From Pseudogymnoascus verrucosus (lineage: Eukaryota), in assembly GCA_001662655.1 (NCBI GenBank), contig KV460206.1: DNA of 64,000 nucleotides; one strand, 5' to 3'. This document shows positions 1-12,680 of this stretch, in pieces. The notes below the pieces were generated by a model. That model was given only the letters and a program-made list of their open reading frames with translations, searched no databases and was not told the origin of the DNA. Position 1 is the first letter of the stretch. Each line of letters begins with the position of its first letter. A program made the translations under genes and the position numbers.

Positions 1-374
1 GCACAATAAAGGCGTCTCACATCCCCCCGACACCAGTTTTCCTGGCAACCGTCAACAGCAGGGGGACTCGTAGTGCGACACTCGATGGGCCATGGACAAT
101 GGGTTTTTGAGAACACGGGTGCTGTTCATGTCGCAGACTCGAGTTGATCAAAGAAAGCTATTCACGAATGTCTCCCGCACAGCGACCACCTCATGGACCA
201 GAGCCCCTGAGCGGTCCTTAGGACTGTTCAGGACGGGAGTATAAATATCTCTCAATCCCCGGATTCTGTTTTCTTTTCTTCTCCAGAAATCTCAAGCCTC
301 GAGATCCTGCAATACCAGTTACCACAACAGCACAATCAAAAGCACCCTCTACACACATGAGCAAACACATACAC

Positions 375-500
375 TTCCAACCACAACCACCACCACCACC
401 ACAACAACAACAACCATGCCTCCACCACCACCACCACCACCACCTCCTCCTCCCCCCATTCCTCCTCCCCCTCCCCCACCACCCCCCCATCCCCAAACCC
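375..500. repeat. (CCA)n/(CAA)n/C-rich low-complexity tract
   Basis: Direct inspection: ccaccaccacc, acaacaacaa and cctcctccccc runs. Confidence 0.85.
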
Positions 501-910
501 CCAACCTCCTCCCCACCCGCTCAAACGCCCAACCCCTCTGCTCCGGCCCAAATCGCCACAACGGCGGCGGCAGCTGCGACATCACCTCCCACCCCACCAT
601 CCGCAGCGGCAAAATATGCGCTACACACCAGATAGTCTCCATGATATGCCCTGGGAACCCGAGGCATCTGATTACGCAGAGGTGTACGAGTTGTATGGGG
701 AGGGAGAGGGCGGAGGAGAGGGCTGCGAGGGAGGCTGAGAGGGTGGCTAGGGCGGCGGCGGCGGCTGCTGAGAGGGCAGCTGGGGAGGCGGCTGAGGCTG
801 GGAGAGCGGCGCAGACGGCGAGGAGATCGAGGTCGGTGACGCCGGAGGTGAGGCCGGTGAGGAGGAGGAGGGGAATGAATAGGAGAGGGGGGAGGGGGAG
901 GAAGCTTTGA
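416..910 (+). CDS. Hypothetical low-complexity protein (poly-Pro N-terminus, Cys/His-containing middle, Ala/Glu/Arg-rich and basic C-terminus)
   Basis: 164-aa ATG-initiated ORF; much of it is simple repeat and no family is recognised. Confidence 0.35.
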   Translation: MPPPPPPPPPPPPPIPPPPPPPPPHPQTPNLLPTRSNAQPLCSGPNRHNGGGSCDITSHPTIRSGKICATHQIVSMICPGNPRHLITQRCTSCMGRERAEERAAREAERVARAAAAAAERAAGEAAEAGRAAQTARRSRSVTPEVRPVRRRRGMNRRGGRGRKL

Positions 911-1999
911 GTTGAGAGATGGCGGGAGAGAGATGGATGAGGGGAAGGGGCTGCTGGATGGCTCTGTTTTCCTACCACTGTTGAAGATCCACTGTTGGGT
1001 CCTAGGGTATTGAGACATGGGAGAAGGAAGGCGAAGGATATAGAGTGAGGGGATCAGCAACGCCTGAGTGGCCTTGTCTATCCTCGGGGTTTCTTTCTTT
1101 TTTTTTTGGGGGGGGGGGGGATTTTTAGAAATATTTATTGGGATATTATTGGAGTTAGGATAGAAGGGGGGGGGGGAATGCAGTTTATCGCAACCAAATC
1201 TCACAGAATTACGATGCCGGCTTAACTCCGAGTTACTCCTACTGGTCATGATATATGGAGACCTAGTCGCAACGTGGCTTATGGGGCGTGAAATGTAGTC
1301 CGGGACATCGAGTATCAACTACTCCCGTAAACCCTATTTCAGATTTAAAATCAATCTCCCTCTTCGCGGAAGAGAACAACTTGACCTCAGCACTAATGTT
1401 AGTGGGACCCCACTCAATAATTTGACAGACTATTGTGAGGTCTTCTTGCACTCATATTGGCCGTGGACTTCACTAGGTAAGGGAAGTGAAGAACATACAG
1501 ACTTTCATGTTAGTACAAAAACAGTAGGATGTGTTAATTTTAGTACATTTCATTACGTCCGGATCTGGCTTAACTAAAATTTAGTCAGGGCACACGTGGA
1601 GGATAAACCATCGGGATCTTGTTGGAGGATTTAGGTGGGCTCAGACGCAAGCTGGCCGCGATTTACTCAGTTCGGGGATTGCCACTCAAATTAGCTGGCG
1701 ATCCTAGAGGCGAACGGAATTATCACGTAGAGCACTAGGTGATTCTGGATGCGGGTATAACCAACGGCACAGTATATAGATACGGTATATAGATCATATA
1801 AATTCTACTATTCAACTGTCTAATGGGTCTATGTATTATTTGTAGACTGGCCGTAAGCATTGTGCTATAGAACGTATAGTACGTTTTCAATAACATTGAC
1901 TTTATTATGCTCTACAGTCCTTACAAGCCTCCTCCATTGTCGTTGAAAGTCAACTTTCATATTCTAACCGCTGCAAACCCGGTGCATCTAGCTAGACCT

Positions 2000-2294
2000 A
2001 TCAAATGGCTGCTTCAAAGCTTGAAGTTCAATTCCGTCTTCCGTCTTCCGTCTTCCGTCTCTTCCTAATATCTAGTGTCGTGTTTATTTGTACTAGCTGC
2101 GTGAAGCAATCCTTAAGCGCAACATGTAGTCTATGGGAAGTCGAGGGCTAGGTGTTGTCTGGCCTTTGGAGCAGCCTCTTTACTGATCGAAGCAAATCGG
2201 TAACGCTATTGGCAGCCCGTTGAAGGCGTTCGATATCGTCTTTAGCATGCTTGACAGCGCGGGAGTTCTGGATGCACATTGATGTAACTTCAAT
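2000..2294 (-). pseudogene. Pseudogene fragment of a fungal NLR/STAND N-terminal HeLo-like domain
   Basis: Minus strand reads IEVTSMCIQNSRAVKHAKDDIERLQRAANSVTDLLRSVKRLLQRPDNT*PSTSHRLHVALKDCFTQLVQINTTLDIRKRRKT, then after a frameshift IELQALKQPF. This resembles the VKxAKDDIERL...LRALKWPF N-termini of fungal NACHT-WD/ANK proteins. In-frame stop at 2148-2150. Confidence 0.65.
2032..2059. repeat. (TTCCGTC)x4 heptamer tandem repeat
   Basis: Four exact copies read directly. Confidence 0.95.
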
Positions 2295-2299
2295 TATTA

Positions 2300-3140
2300 T
2301 TCGCTGCAGTTTATCACTAGGCCCTTACAGCTGGAATATAATTTAAGCACTAAGAAATGGGACAAAGACTTGGTGACTTTTAAAGACCTAACGAGATTGA
2401 GACACATCTCTAGTGCTCGCACGACCATGAATACCTCCATAAAAGCTATAGTGTTACAGCTCACCCTACTATTAGCGCTAGACAAGTGATTGGCTAGGAA
2501 ACTGTAGGAAGAAGGTCTACGATTATTAGTTAGGAGAAGCAGAACTACGTGACCTGATCCTAAGAGGATCTAGGATCGTATAAGTATCACCTAGGGATCG
2601 TCTAAGTAGTAGATAGGGTCCATTTAGCATAACGCTACTATATAAGTAGATAGTTAGTTCTTAGATAGGAGCTTTATGCTTAATTTAATATTGTATATAT
2701 TATATACTAGTAATGTGTTTTATAAAAGCCTTTATGTCTAATCCCCTACCTCCCCTATTAAGTAAACTACATAATGAAACCTCTATAATATCCTAGCCCT
2801 AGGACCTTAGCGTTACACTCTTACTTTATTAATGTAAGACTTTAGAATTAATTCTTTAGTTTTAAAACACAAAGCTTCCTAAACGTTGCTAGGCTCATAA
2901 CCTGTTAGAGGAAGGACTAGAATACGGGGACTATACACGAATGTCTCTAGTAGCCGGAACTCTTCACTTTTAGCACAACAGAACAGAAGGCTTCAAACAG
3001 TAAACACGGTATATAGAGTATATAGATCAATTGAATTACTACCTAGTCTACGGGCCTACGTACGCTATTTGTAACCCTAGGGGAAACCCCTAAAACCCTA
3101 ATAAGCTAGGCTTTCTAGGCTCAGCTAGGCTTTAGATTAG
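2300..3140. mobile_element. AT-rich, RIP-degenerated repeat relic
   Basis: Visibly AT-rich with many TA/TAG/CTA words and no long ORF; element family not identifiable. Confidence 0.55.
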
Positions 3141-3787
3141 TGGCTTCTAATAGTATGGCGCCGCTACTGTCTCACTGGCAAACCAACTGGGAGCTGGACG
3201 GTCCCACGGGGATAACCTGTCATTTTAGGCGTAAAAACCGACCATATCCCACAAGAATGTCCGTTTCCCCCAACAGAAGCCCTGTAACTCAATACCACGT
3301 GACTCAGCTGCATGAAACCTCAGTACAGCCATAAAATAAGACCTAAATAGTGTGAACTGCTCAAGCAGATTTGGTGTCGAATCCATCCCTCGTACTTCGT
3401 ATACTCGATACTCGATAGTTGGAGTCTAAATTTACGAAATTCGGTGAGCGGGTAATAACGAACTCCGACGTAGATATTATGGCGCGGGATCTTACACCCC
3501 GAAACCCGGTGGCTGACAGGCAGGTCATCATTAATGCAACTTTGATTACAGGATGTGAGATTTTCCGAGGAAGAGGACAGGTTACACTGCATGTCAACTT
3601 CGCATGCATGTCAAATCCTTACTGGCAGTTGGATGCACAAAAGACCGCGTGTCACAACCACCGACGGCAGCTTATAAATTTCCACGACTCTTGTTGCACC
3701 TTAAATGCATCCTACCGTGTAATAATCTACGGGATTCACTTACTCTCAAATCCGCCGAGACACAACCTTGGTGGTGAGTAAGTTGTG

Positions 3788-5847
3788 ATGGACACCATCC
3801 AGCCATCTCAAGCACAGTCCGCCCCTTACGGTCAGGCCTGTCGAGATTGCTCGAGAGCAAAGTGCAAGTGTATATCTCGTGCACGAAATGAACCTTGTGA
3901 TAGGTAGGAGCTTCCGGGCGCTTCAATTGTATGTCACTTTGCCTGGTATTTAGTTCTGATAGCATATGCTTGAACAGGTGCCGTCGTCTCGACAAGGCCT
4001 GTGTCCCCCGAGAACGAGTCAGAACCCGCAATGGGAAAACGATGGGGTCGTTGAGAGCCGCGCAAGAAAATCAGCTCGTGTCGAAAATCGATAGCTTGGT
4101 GTCACTGCTGACCTTTGTCCCCGAATCCTCACCTGCAGCGGCACTACCCAATTCAAACAGGCTCTCCAACCTGGACACCTTGGTTGAAGCCGTGACGAAC
4201 CAAATATCCGCAGGGAACTCCCGATCCCCCCCGTTGCAGCATGCATACCCATCTCGAGAGCTGTCGAGCTCATCTCCTCTTGCCCTTCCCTCGGGATCCA
4301 GTGCTCGTGCGAGCTCTCACCCGTCCCTTTGGTCGAGAACATTCCTCTCGCCTGCTCTGGAACTCAGTCCCGTTGATGCCGCTATCTCTAATTCGCCTTG
4401 TTTTTCGGGCTTCCAGCCATCTCCTAGCGAAGCAGAAGAGTACTTTCAGTTATTCCGTACACAGTCACTGCCCTATTTGCCATTTATCCATATTGCACAA
4501 TGCACATCCGCTCAAGAATTCCAGCAAGAAAAGCCCTTCCTGTTCAAGGTCATTATGGCCATTGGCTCGCCCTCGACTTCTCAGAAACTGGCCCTCGGTA
4601 CAGAAATTAGAGACGCACTGGCTAGACGCATTATAGTTGAGAATGAAGATAGCGTAGATGTCTTACTTGGACTACTTGCTTTCGTCACGTGGGGCCATGA
4701 CCAATTCATGGTCCCGCTCAATTTATCTCGTTTTACTCAATTAGCCATGTCACTTGTCTTCGATCTGCGTCTTAATAAACCACTTCCGATTGATCTATAT
4801 ATGATATCAGCTATCGATACTGGGGCCTCTGATCCATCTCCACGGCTCCAACCAACACGAAGTTTAGATGAGAGACGAGCAGTATTGGCTTGTTTTCTAC
4901 TGAGCTCCAAGTAAGTCCCCATGATCGGTTACTGAGTTGCAAGCTGATCATTCTAGTGTGTCCTTATACTTTGGGAAGATAGATGCCCTCCGATGGACTA
5001 CATACATGGATGAATGTCTGCAAGTATTGACTGGCAGTCAAGATTATCCCGGAGACGAGATGCTGGTGACACAAGTTCGACTACAGCTTCTCACAGACAT
5101 CGTCACTCGGGCTGCCGAGGGCGTCAGCTATGGTGGCCAGTCTAGCCAGCGAAGTGGAACCCCATCTCTTTATCTCAAAGCCTTGCACTCTGATTTGGCC
5201 ACAATCAAACGTAGTATTCCTCCTAACCTTCAACAAAACGGTTTGTCGCCTGGTCTGAAATTTTCCTCTCTAGGACTAATGTCGTGATAGATCTTTTGCT
5301 CGCGCACATATTCAACACTGAGCTCAGTATCAATGAGATGGGGATTTCAAAGACCCCTACCTCATCCAGCAGTACAGACTTTCAGCGACTGGAACCATTA
5401 TATGCATGTCTCAACTCAATTAAGTCTTGGTTTGATATTTTCTTTGAGCTACCATTAATGGCATACATCGGTATTTCCTTTCCCTTCTTCGCACAGCTTG
5501 GACATTGTGTTGTAGCTTTATATAGACTGTCAACATTGGAAGATCCAGCATTAGACAAAGAGCTGCTTAGACAGACTGCAGATCTTCTTGAGATATTGGA
5601 TCGAATAATACATAACATACAGAGGGTGAGGGATATGGATGACGAGCATCATAAGGGAGATATGTTTACCCGAACGATCAAGATATTCGAATCAATCCGT
5701 ATACGTTGTGGTTTAAAGCTGGGTGATATCACAAGCTTGTCTAATGCCGGAGAATATCGTTTTGGTGGTATGATGGAAGATAGCTCGTTCATGGATGTCT
5801 CAGGTGATGCATGGTTAGGAGATATGCTGGGCTCGTGGGACTATTGA
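3788..5847 (+). CDS. Zn(II)2Cys6 transcription factor (cluster regulator 1), 4 exons
   Basis: ATG at 3788 gives MDTIQPSQAQSAPYGQACRDCSRAKCKCISRARNEPCD; GT-AG intron 3904-3977 joins it to RCRRLDKAC, completing six Cys. Further introns at about 4911-4956 and 5241-5290; middle region typical of fungal TFs (LDERRAVLACFLLSS). Confidence 0.88.
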
Positions 5848-6356
5848 ATATTACCATCTTTGCAATCAAACTTGAAATCAAGCGTAAATCGAAGTACACC
5901 ATGATAATAATAATATCAAAGACTCTGTGCATGTTTTTGATATCTTGAAGATAAAATCTCACGTCACACCGTTCCTCATGTGGAGAGTTTGTGAAGCTGG
6001 GTTTCCGTCTAGGCCAACATCGAAAACCGACCAAGGACTCAATTGATGCCAACGAACTATCTCAGATTTCACAGCAGAGAAAATCATAAAAGAAAATGAA
6101 CTCTTACCACTTGTCCAAAAAAGCGACATAGCCATTAGTTCTCATCCCATCAGCCGGGATTTAGAATGCAGGGAAATGAGACCGGATTTCGGAAATATGA
6201 ATCCCGTTCTTAATATCAATACCAGAACTCCGTATCTCATGAAGCACGACAATTTGATTTCATGCCAAGATCCGCTCGAATTCTTTATTTAAGTTCCAAT
6301 CATTATTTCTCGACACTTGCACACATACACCGATTTTAAGCCGTGCTGCATTCGAC

Positions 6357-8481
6357 ATGTCTTCTCCAGAGCAGGAGAACCAAAGCGCAGACAACACGAT
6401 ACTCGAAAAGAACAAAGACGAGGAGCAAATATCAGATGGCGGTAACAAAGAAGGTATACTACAGGAGGAAGATGCTCACGAATACGTTACCGGCATAGAG
6501 CTCTTCATTATCTTGGCTGTCGTTACCTTGGTCTTTTTCCTATTGATGCTAGACATGTCCATTGTCACAAATGTATGTCCCACTGCACTCCAAGATACTA
6601 CATCTCGACTAACCATTGAAAGGCTATACCAGCTATCACAAATTATTTCCATTCGCTTGAGGATCTTGGGTGGTATGGAAGCGTGTATCCTCTCGCAAGG
6701 TGTGTACCAGCTCTATTTCACTATGACTACGACGCTGATGCCTAATTCCAGTGCGGCACTTCAGCCATTGACCGGCAAGATATACACATATTACAGCTCC
6801 AAGGTACACAAGTTGTTGGGAATCTTTTATCTAGGTCTGACATTTGACAGTGGACCTTCTTCACATTTTTCGTCATATTTGAGATCGGCTCGGCGATCTG
6901 CGGTGCAGCGGTCACATCAGCCATGTTGATAATCGGAAGAACAATTGCTGGACTTGCAGCTTCTGGGTTGATGACAGGTGCGCTGACAATTCTCTCGAGT
7001 TGCGTGCCAAAAGAGAGACAACCTGGTGAGCCACTGCTTATCTCGACAATTGCCATGGACTATGTACTCACCGATTTTCCACAGGTCTGATGGGTATCAT
7101 GATGGGGAGTACGTATTAAATTTATATCTGTTTCAGTGAAACCTCACTAAATACTCGTTGTTTCTAGTTGGACAGCTTGGAGTAGCTTCGGGACCATTGA
7201 TCGGAGGAGCTCTAACTCAGCATGTATCGTGGAGATGGTGTAAGTCGAGGCCCCTCTGCTTCTTTCTCCTGCTTTTCCAATTAACTCTTTCCCAGGCTTC
7301 TACATCAACCTCCCTGTTGGTGGTGTTGTTGCAGGTCTTCTTTTCATGGTCAGCATCCCAGAACAAGTAGCCAAGCCGACAGGCGCCAAGCTACGTACCG
7401 TATTGAGTAAGATGGATCTTGTCGGATTCGCCATATTTGCCCCAGCTTCAGTGATGTTCTTTCTGGCTCTCCAATTTGGCGGAGAACAATTCGCTTGGAA
7501 TAGCAGTACTATCATTGGACTTTTCTGTGGTGCAGGAGTGACGTTTATTGTTTTCTTCCTCTGGGAATGGAGACAAGGTAATGAAGCAATGATACCCTTC
7601 CCCATGCTTCAGATCAGAACCGTATGGGCTGCCGCTGTCTCTAATTTCTTCTTTATGGGGTTGGTTTATATTGCGTCATTTTATCTGCCAGTTTATTTTC
7701 AAGCAGTGAGAGGTGCATCTCCAACTGCAAGTGGTGTAAATCTCCTGCCAAGTATCTTGTCTCAGATCTTGTTTGCAGTGATGTCGGGGATTTTGGGTAA
7801 TTCGAGCAACTGTTTTCAAAGAATCGCACGCTAACTTTTGTCTAGTTCAGAGATTGGGCTACTACTTGCCTTGGTTCTTGGCAGCAGCAACAATTGGATC
7901 AGTTGGATTTGGTCTTCTCTCTACGTTAAATGCACAAACTTCAACTGGCAGGTGGATTGGGTATCTAATCTTGAACGGCATTGCCCGTGGGACGGGAACA
8001 GCAATGGTAAGCTTTGCAACTCGCGGATTCTCTTTGGAAGTCACACTGAAAACTTACGTGCCAGCCAATCATAGCCATTCAAAACACACTTCCGCTTGCT
8101 CAAATCTCTGTCGCCATGTCAATTCTCGTAATCGCCCAGAATTACGGTGGCGCTGTCTTCATTGCCATTTGCCAAGCCCTTCTCACAAGCGCCTTGAAAA
8201 CCAGTATTCCAAAATACGCACCATCTGTAAATGCGCAAAATATCATCAACGCAGGTGCCACAGGATTCCGAGCAATTGTTTCAGCAGATGATCTTCCAGG
8301 CGTCTTAGCAGCATACAGCAAGAGCATCAGTCATACATTCTATCTAGGGATTGCCGCTAGTATAATTTGCTTCATTACAGGGTGGGGTATGGGGTTGAAG
8401 GATGTCAGAAAGAAGAAAGCGGAAGAAGTAGTGGAAAAGGCGGCAGAGGGTGGTGTCGAAGGCAATGTTGTAAGACTGTAG
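6357..8481 (+). CDS. MFS drug/toxin efflux pump (DHA2/14-TM type), about 8 introns
   Basis: Spliced motifs [69 protein letters not shown]; the splice junctions keep the frame. Confidence 0.92.
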
Positions 8482-8619
8482 TAGAGGAACAGGACTCTGT
8501 GAGAGTATCGCTAAATAGGTAATCGTGGGTGGAAGCGGTTGCGTTCGCGACCGCCAAAATTTGTAGGTACCTTTGTATAGTAAATTATATGGAAAGGTAC
8601 ATAGAGAATTTATCCTACG

Positions 8620-9090
8620 AAACTATCACTTTCACCACTCTTGCTCTCCCTCCCATTCTCACCCTTATACTCAAGCTCAAAGCCTGGCTTAGAACCAGCT
8701 TCTGGGTCGAGTATTGGGTCCTGATCCTCTAGAGGAACTGGGTTGCCAGCTCGAATAAGAGCTCTTACCCTCTTCTTCCGGAGGCGTTCCTGTTTCCGAG
8801 CTTTAACCCCTACCCTCCGAAGCTGCTTACGGGCCTAATTATCAGCCTACTAGGCTACTCGGGCTTCCTTCGCCTGGGCTTTCTGAGCTAAAAGCTTAGC
8901 TTTAGCAGCCTGAAGCTTATAAGCCCGTTCGCCAGTAAGCTGGCCTCTAATTTGAAGCCTAACATCCAGAACTAGGCCTATCCATAGACGGGCCGGCCCA
9001 CCCATGGATATTAACATCCACAACTGGGCTGGCCAATCCATGGACGGGCCGGCCCATGCATGAACAGACCAGCCCACCTATGGATAATAC
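8620..9090 (-). mobile_element. Degenerate transposase-like relic (possibly Fot1/pogo C-terminal region) with a short internal duplication
   Basis: Minus strand gives basic coiled-coil-like text (AKAKLLAQKAQAKEARVA*...ARKQLRRVGVKARKQERLRKKRVRAL) interrupted by stops; imperfect duplication 8960-9000 / 9012-9056. Confidence 0.4.
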
Positions 9091-9812
9091 ATTTAATACG
9101 TAGTAAGAATAGCTAGCTACGGATAATATGAATAGTAGTATATTAGTCTACTACTATATTTTCAGCTGTGTCTGCCCTAGCTCGCTTCCTCCTTGGCCTT
9201 TCAACAAGAGCTATTTCCGTCTGAATAGCTAGACTTAATAGGTTTCCACAGTAAGATGGGGCTACATTCATCCGGCGGATATTGAGTAACGTAACACGAG
9301 TTATCGACAGCTCAAGACGGCAATCGGAATCTCTAAACCCGATCTGACGTTCTTCACTGAACTTCGGGCTTTAGTCTCAGGAATGCGACCGAGGGTTTTC
9401 GTTCTATCCTGCGTCTGTGCCGCAAGATTGCGTTATCAGTTTCCGGGGGTCGCATCCTTCTCATCCTTCAACACGACTGCCTCAATTTGATTTATGTGAG
9501 GCACAATGGTAGAGTGCAGTACTAATCATGGCACAGCAACCAATTACATTCCAGGAATAGTACAAAACTAATCTCTGCTAAACTACAATCAAAGTTGGCT
9601 GCAGGTGGAGGGCGAAGTCTCAGCGTTGTGTTGGACGTTGTGTTGGACATCTTTGAGCCCGGTCGAAGAGTCCAATCAGCTAAGAGACGCTACCCTACCG
9701 CTCCTCTCGTTTCTCTCTCCCACCGTAGATAAATATTAGCCGTGTCGTGCCACAGTATCAGGATACCATTCCCTCATCATTCAATCTTCGGAAATTTTCC
9801 AGTGAACATACC

Positions 9813-11772
9813 ATGTCTCATTGGCGAAGACAGCAGCCTGGGGTTGCGTGTGAGGACTGCCGCAAGAGAAAACTCAGATGTGACAGACAGAGGCCAAAAT
9901 GTGGGGCATGTTCCAACTCGGGGCTTGTATGTGAAGTCAATACAGACCGTCTGCCCAGGGGCCCTAAGAAAGGGAGTCTCAAAGCTATGAGAAATCGGAT
10001 CAGTAAGCGAGAATATCCCAGATGTGGTGTACCTGAATGAACATGACTGAATGATTTTTGTTGCGTCAGTGTCACTTGAGGAACAGCTCCATGAGGTTGA
10101 TAGGAGAGCACCGCAAAGAGACCAATTTGCTGGCCTGAACCATGATACACAAGGCAAAAGAGCGATGCGAGACGGGGAACAGAGCCAATACTCTGATAGC
10201 AATAATTCCGAGGAAGAATGCGATCAAACCTCCCCCAGAGGAGTCAAAACATTGGCGGCGGTCCGAGGAGAAGAGCTGTTGAGTGACTTGATGCAGGCAG
10301 ACCTGTTAGTACCAGGCTGAACTCTGATTGACTTGATCGCTTGGCTGACGACCCCCTAGAGATCAACTGTATTTTGATCGCGTCCATGCCACTGTACCAA
10401 TCATTCATAAGTATCATTACTACGTGTGGTCGAGAAACCCAGGCCTCAAACATTCGCAGGTATGTTTACGAAATGCCATGTGGATTTTAGCCATGTCACA
10501 CTCGTCACAATTCGAGAACGTGAGAGAAGCCATATACAATGAGACCCGCCAAAAGTTGGAAGAGAACGACTTGAGCGAGAACAACATGAATGTGGTCCAA
10601 ATCGAGCAAGTACAAGCTTGGATTTTGATAACATCTTACGAGTTTCTTCGGTCTAGCTACCAGCGAGCTTGGTTCAGTGCTGGCCGAGTGTTCCGTCTTG
10701 TTCAACTGCTGAGACTCCATGAGCTTGACAACCATTCAGAATTACTGCAGATGCTTTCTGCCAGTAGTAGCCAGGAGGAGGAAATTGGAAGAGAGGAGAG
10801 GCGAAGAGCGTTCTGGGTAGCATACTGCCTCGACCGGTTTATCAGCGTGCAAAATGGACTTCCCTTGACCCTGAATGAAGAAGTGGTAAGTATATGTACG
10901 CCGGCCCTTAAACCGTGTCCCTTTACTGACCAGGAAAGATTTGCACCCGTCTCCCTTGTCTGGAATCAGAGTTTGAAACTGGCAAGATCATGAGAGTGTC
11001 ATCTCTCTCGGAAGCCATCGCTGCCTGCAATGTCCAGACCCCACTCTCGCCTTTGGCAGAATGTGCAATCCTCGTGACTCTTTACGGCCGCGCACTCTCA
11101 CATTCTCACGTCTCTACCGTTGAGCAGTACTACGGTAACACGACACAGGACTTCTGGTTCCGACACGAGTGGATTGACTTTAAACTACGGGAGAAGGCCG
11201 ACACTTTCGCTTTGAAATACCCCACCACGACGATATTTGCGGAACCAATGTTGCTGATGAGTTTCATGATACTACAAGCAACGACGCTATATCTTTACAA
11301 GATCATGGAGTCGATGTCTGTCGATGATAGCTGTGGTGAGAAGGTGCTTGAATATCAAATCCAGGCAATCACAGCTGCGAAGAAAATCGCAAATCTGACG
11401 AAGGAACATGCCCGTATTGGATACTTCAATGTCAGTTGGCCCCGTTCCGCGTAAATGAGTTTCGTTGTGAGCTATGCACATGTAACACACTACGCCGTGG
11501 ACCGCTTCCATTTCCAAAAACATTCTGACAAGCTCCTACAGGGCCACGTTTTCATACCCGCGGCGATATATCTAGGTATTGAACGCCTAATGATTCAACG
11601 CGACGCTCACATGTTAGACATGCAATTTCTAGAAGAATCATCAATTGGAGAAGGACTAGACGGATGCCTCGAGATTTTGCGGAAAATCCAGAGCGTGAAC
11701 AACCTTGCCAAGTACTACTTGAACTTGCTAGACTCGGGGCAGTTGGGAGATAGTCGACCTTTACAGCCTTAG
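9813..11772 (+). CDS. Zn(II)2Cys6 pathway-specific transcription factor (AfoA/CtnA/AzaR-like), 5 exons
   Basis: MSHWRRQQPGVACEDCRKRKLRCDRQRPKCGACSNSGLVC; fungal-specific TF domain EERRRAFWVAYCLDRF; four GT-AG introns restore the frame. Confidence 0.9.
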
Positions 11773-12680
11773 ACAGACACGACTATATATAGATAGTTTG
11801 AATTACGAGTTTCTTTGCCCCCCAGACTGCCTTCGAAGTGTTGTGCTATGTATGCCCAAGGAGGGGTAGGTAAGTCACCACTCGGAAGCATAACGAGTAA
11901 GACCTACAAAGTAGGGTACGGGGGGGCCGTCAAGATCACCTACTGAGTGGAGCCACAGGGTATTAAGCGCTGTAACGACAGCGTATGACACCCTAAACAA
12001 TGACGTGACTTAAAACTTAGGCGATTTTGGTGCTTAAAGAAATGCAAAAGAGTGAGTTTTAGCTGAGAAATAGCAGCCCCTTCTCACATACCTATTGTGT
12101 TGTATGGCACAACCAAAAATGGCACCACAATTAGCTGGAGCTAATTGTGGATTGTATATTGTTTTTGCCATGCGAGATTCTATGATACCGTAGATTTCGG
12201 GCTTCTTACATTTTACTCGAAAGAACTCAATATTACCTACATGGCTGTGAAAAGCTTGGGTTGCAGTGGACACAACTTTATCCTCGGCTTGCCCCTGACG
12301 CACAGGCAACCTTTTATAGAGCATTCAGAATGTCGGCGAAATTAACGTAACAGAGCTTGCTTAAACTATCATCAGAAACATAGAAACAATATGCCTTCAT
12401 AATCTCTTACTACAGAACATATGACTAGTCAACTAGGGAAGTGTTGGTACGTACTTTGCCATTACGACTGATTTAGTGATAGCATAATTGCGTTTAGAAA
12501 ATGAAATCCTAAAGGTGAAATGTGTTAGAAACAGAAGTGCAAGGTCCAAATCTCGACGAAAAAAGACAGAAAAAAGTTACTGGCTTTCATGCACCGGTGT
12601 ATGTGACTTCATTGGAGTATATTCTAATATATAATCCTATACCTGGCCTCGACACTCCCAAAAAGAGAAACATACGGCAG

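Noticed and set aside
218..1318. Several overlapping ORFs of 70-265 aa
   Set aside because: Explained by simple C/G-rich repeats lacking stops; only 416-910 is kept, at low confidence.
3074..3102. CCCTAA-like words suggesting telomeric repeats
   Set aside because: Only two or three imperfect units inside a RIP-like relic; not an array.
3419..3781. 120-aa ORF upstream of TF1
   Set aside because: Non-ATG start, no family motifs, and it lies in the TF promoter.
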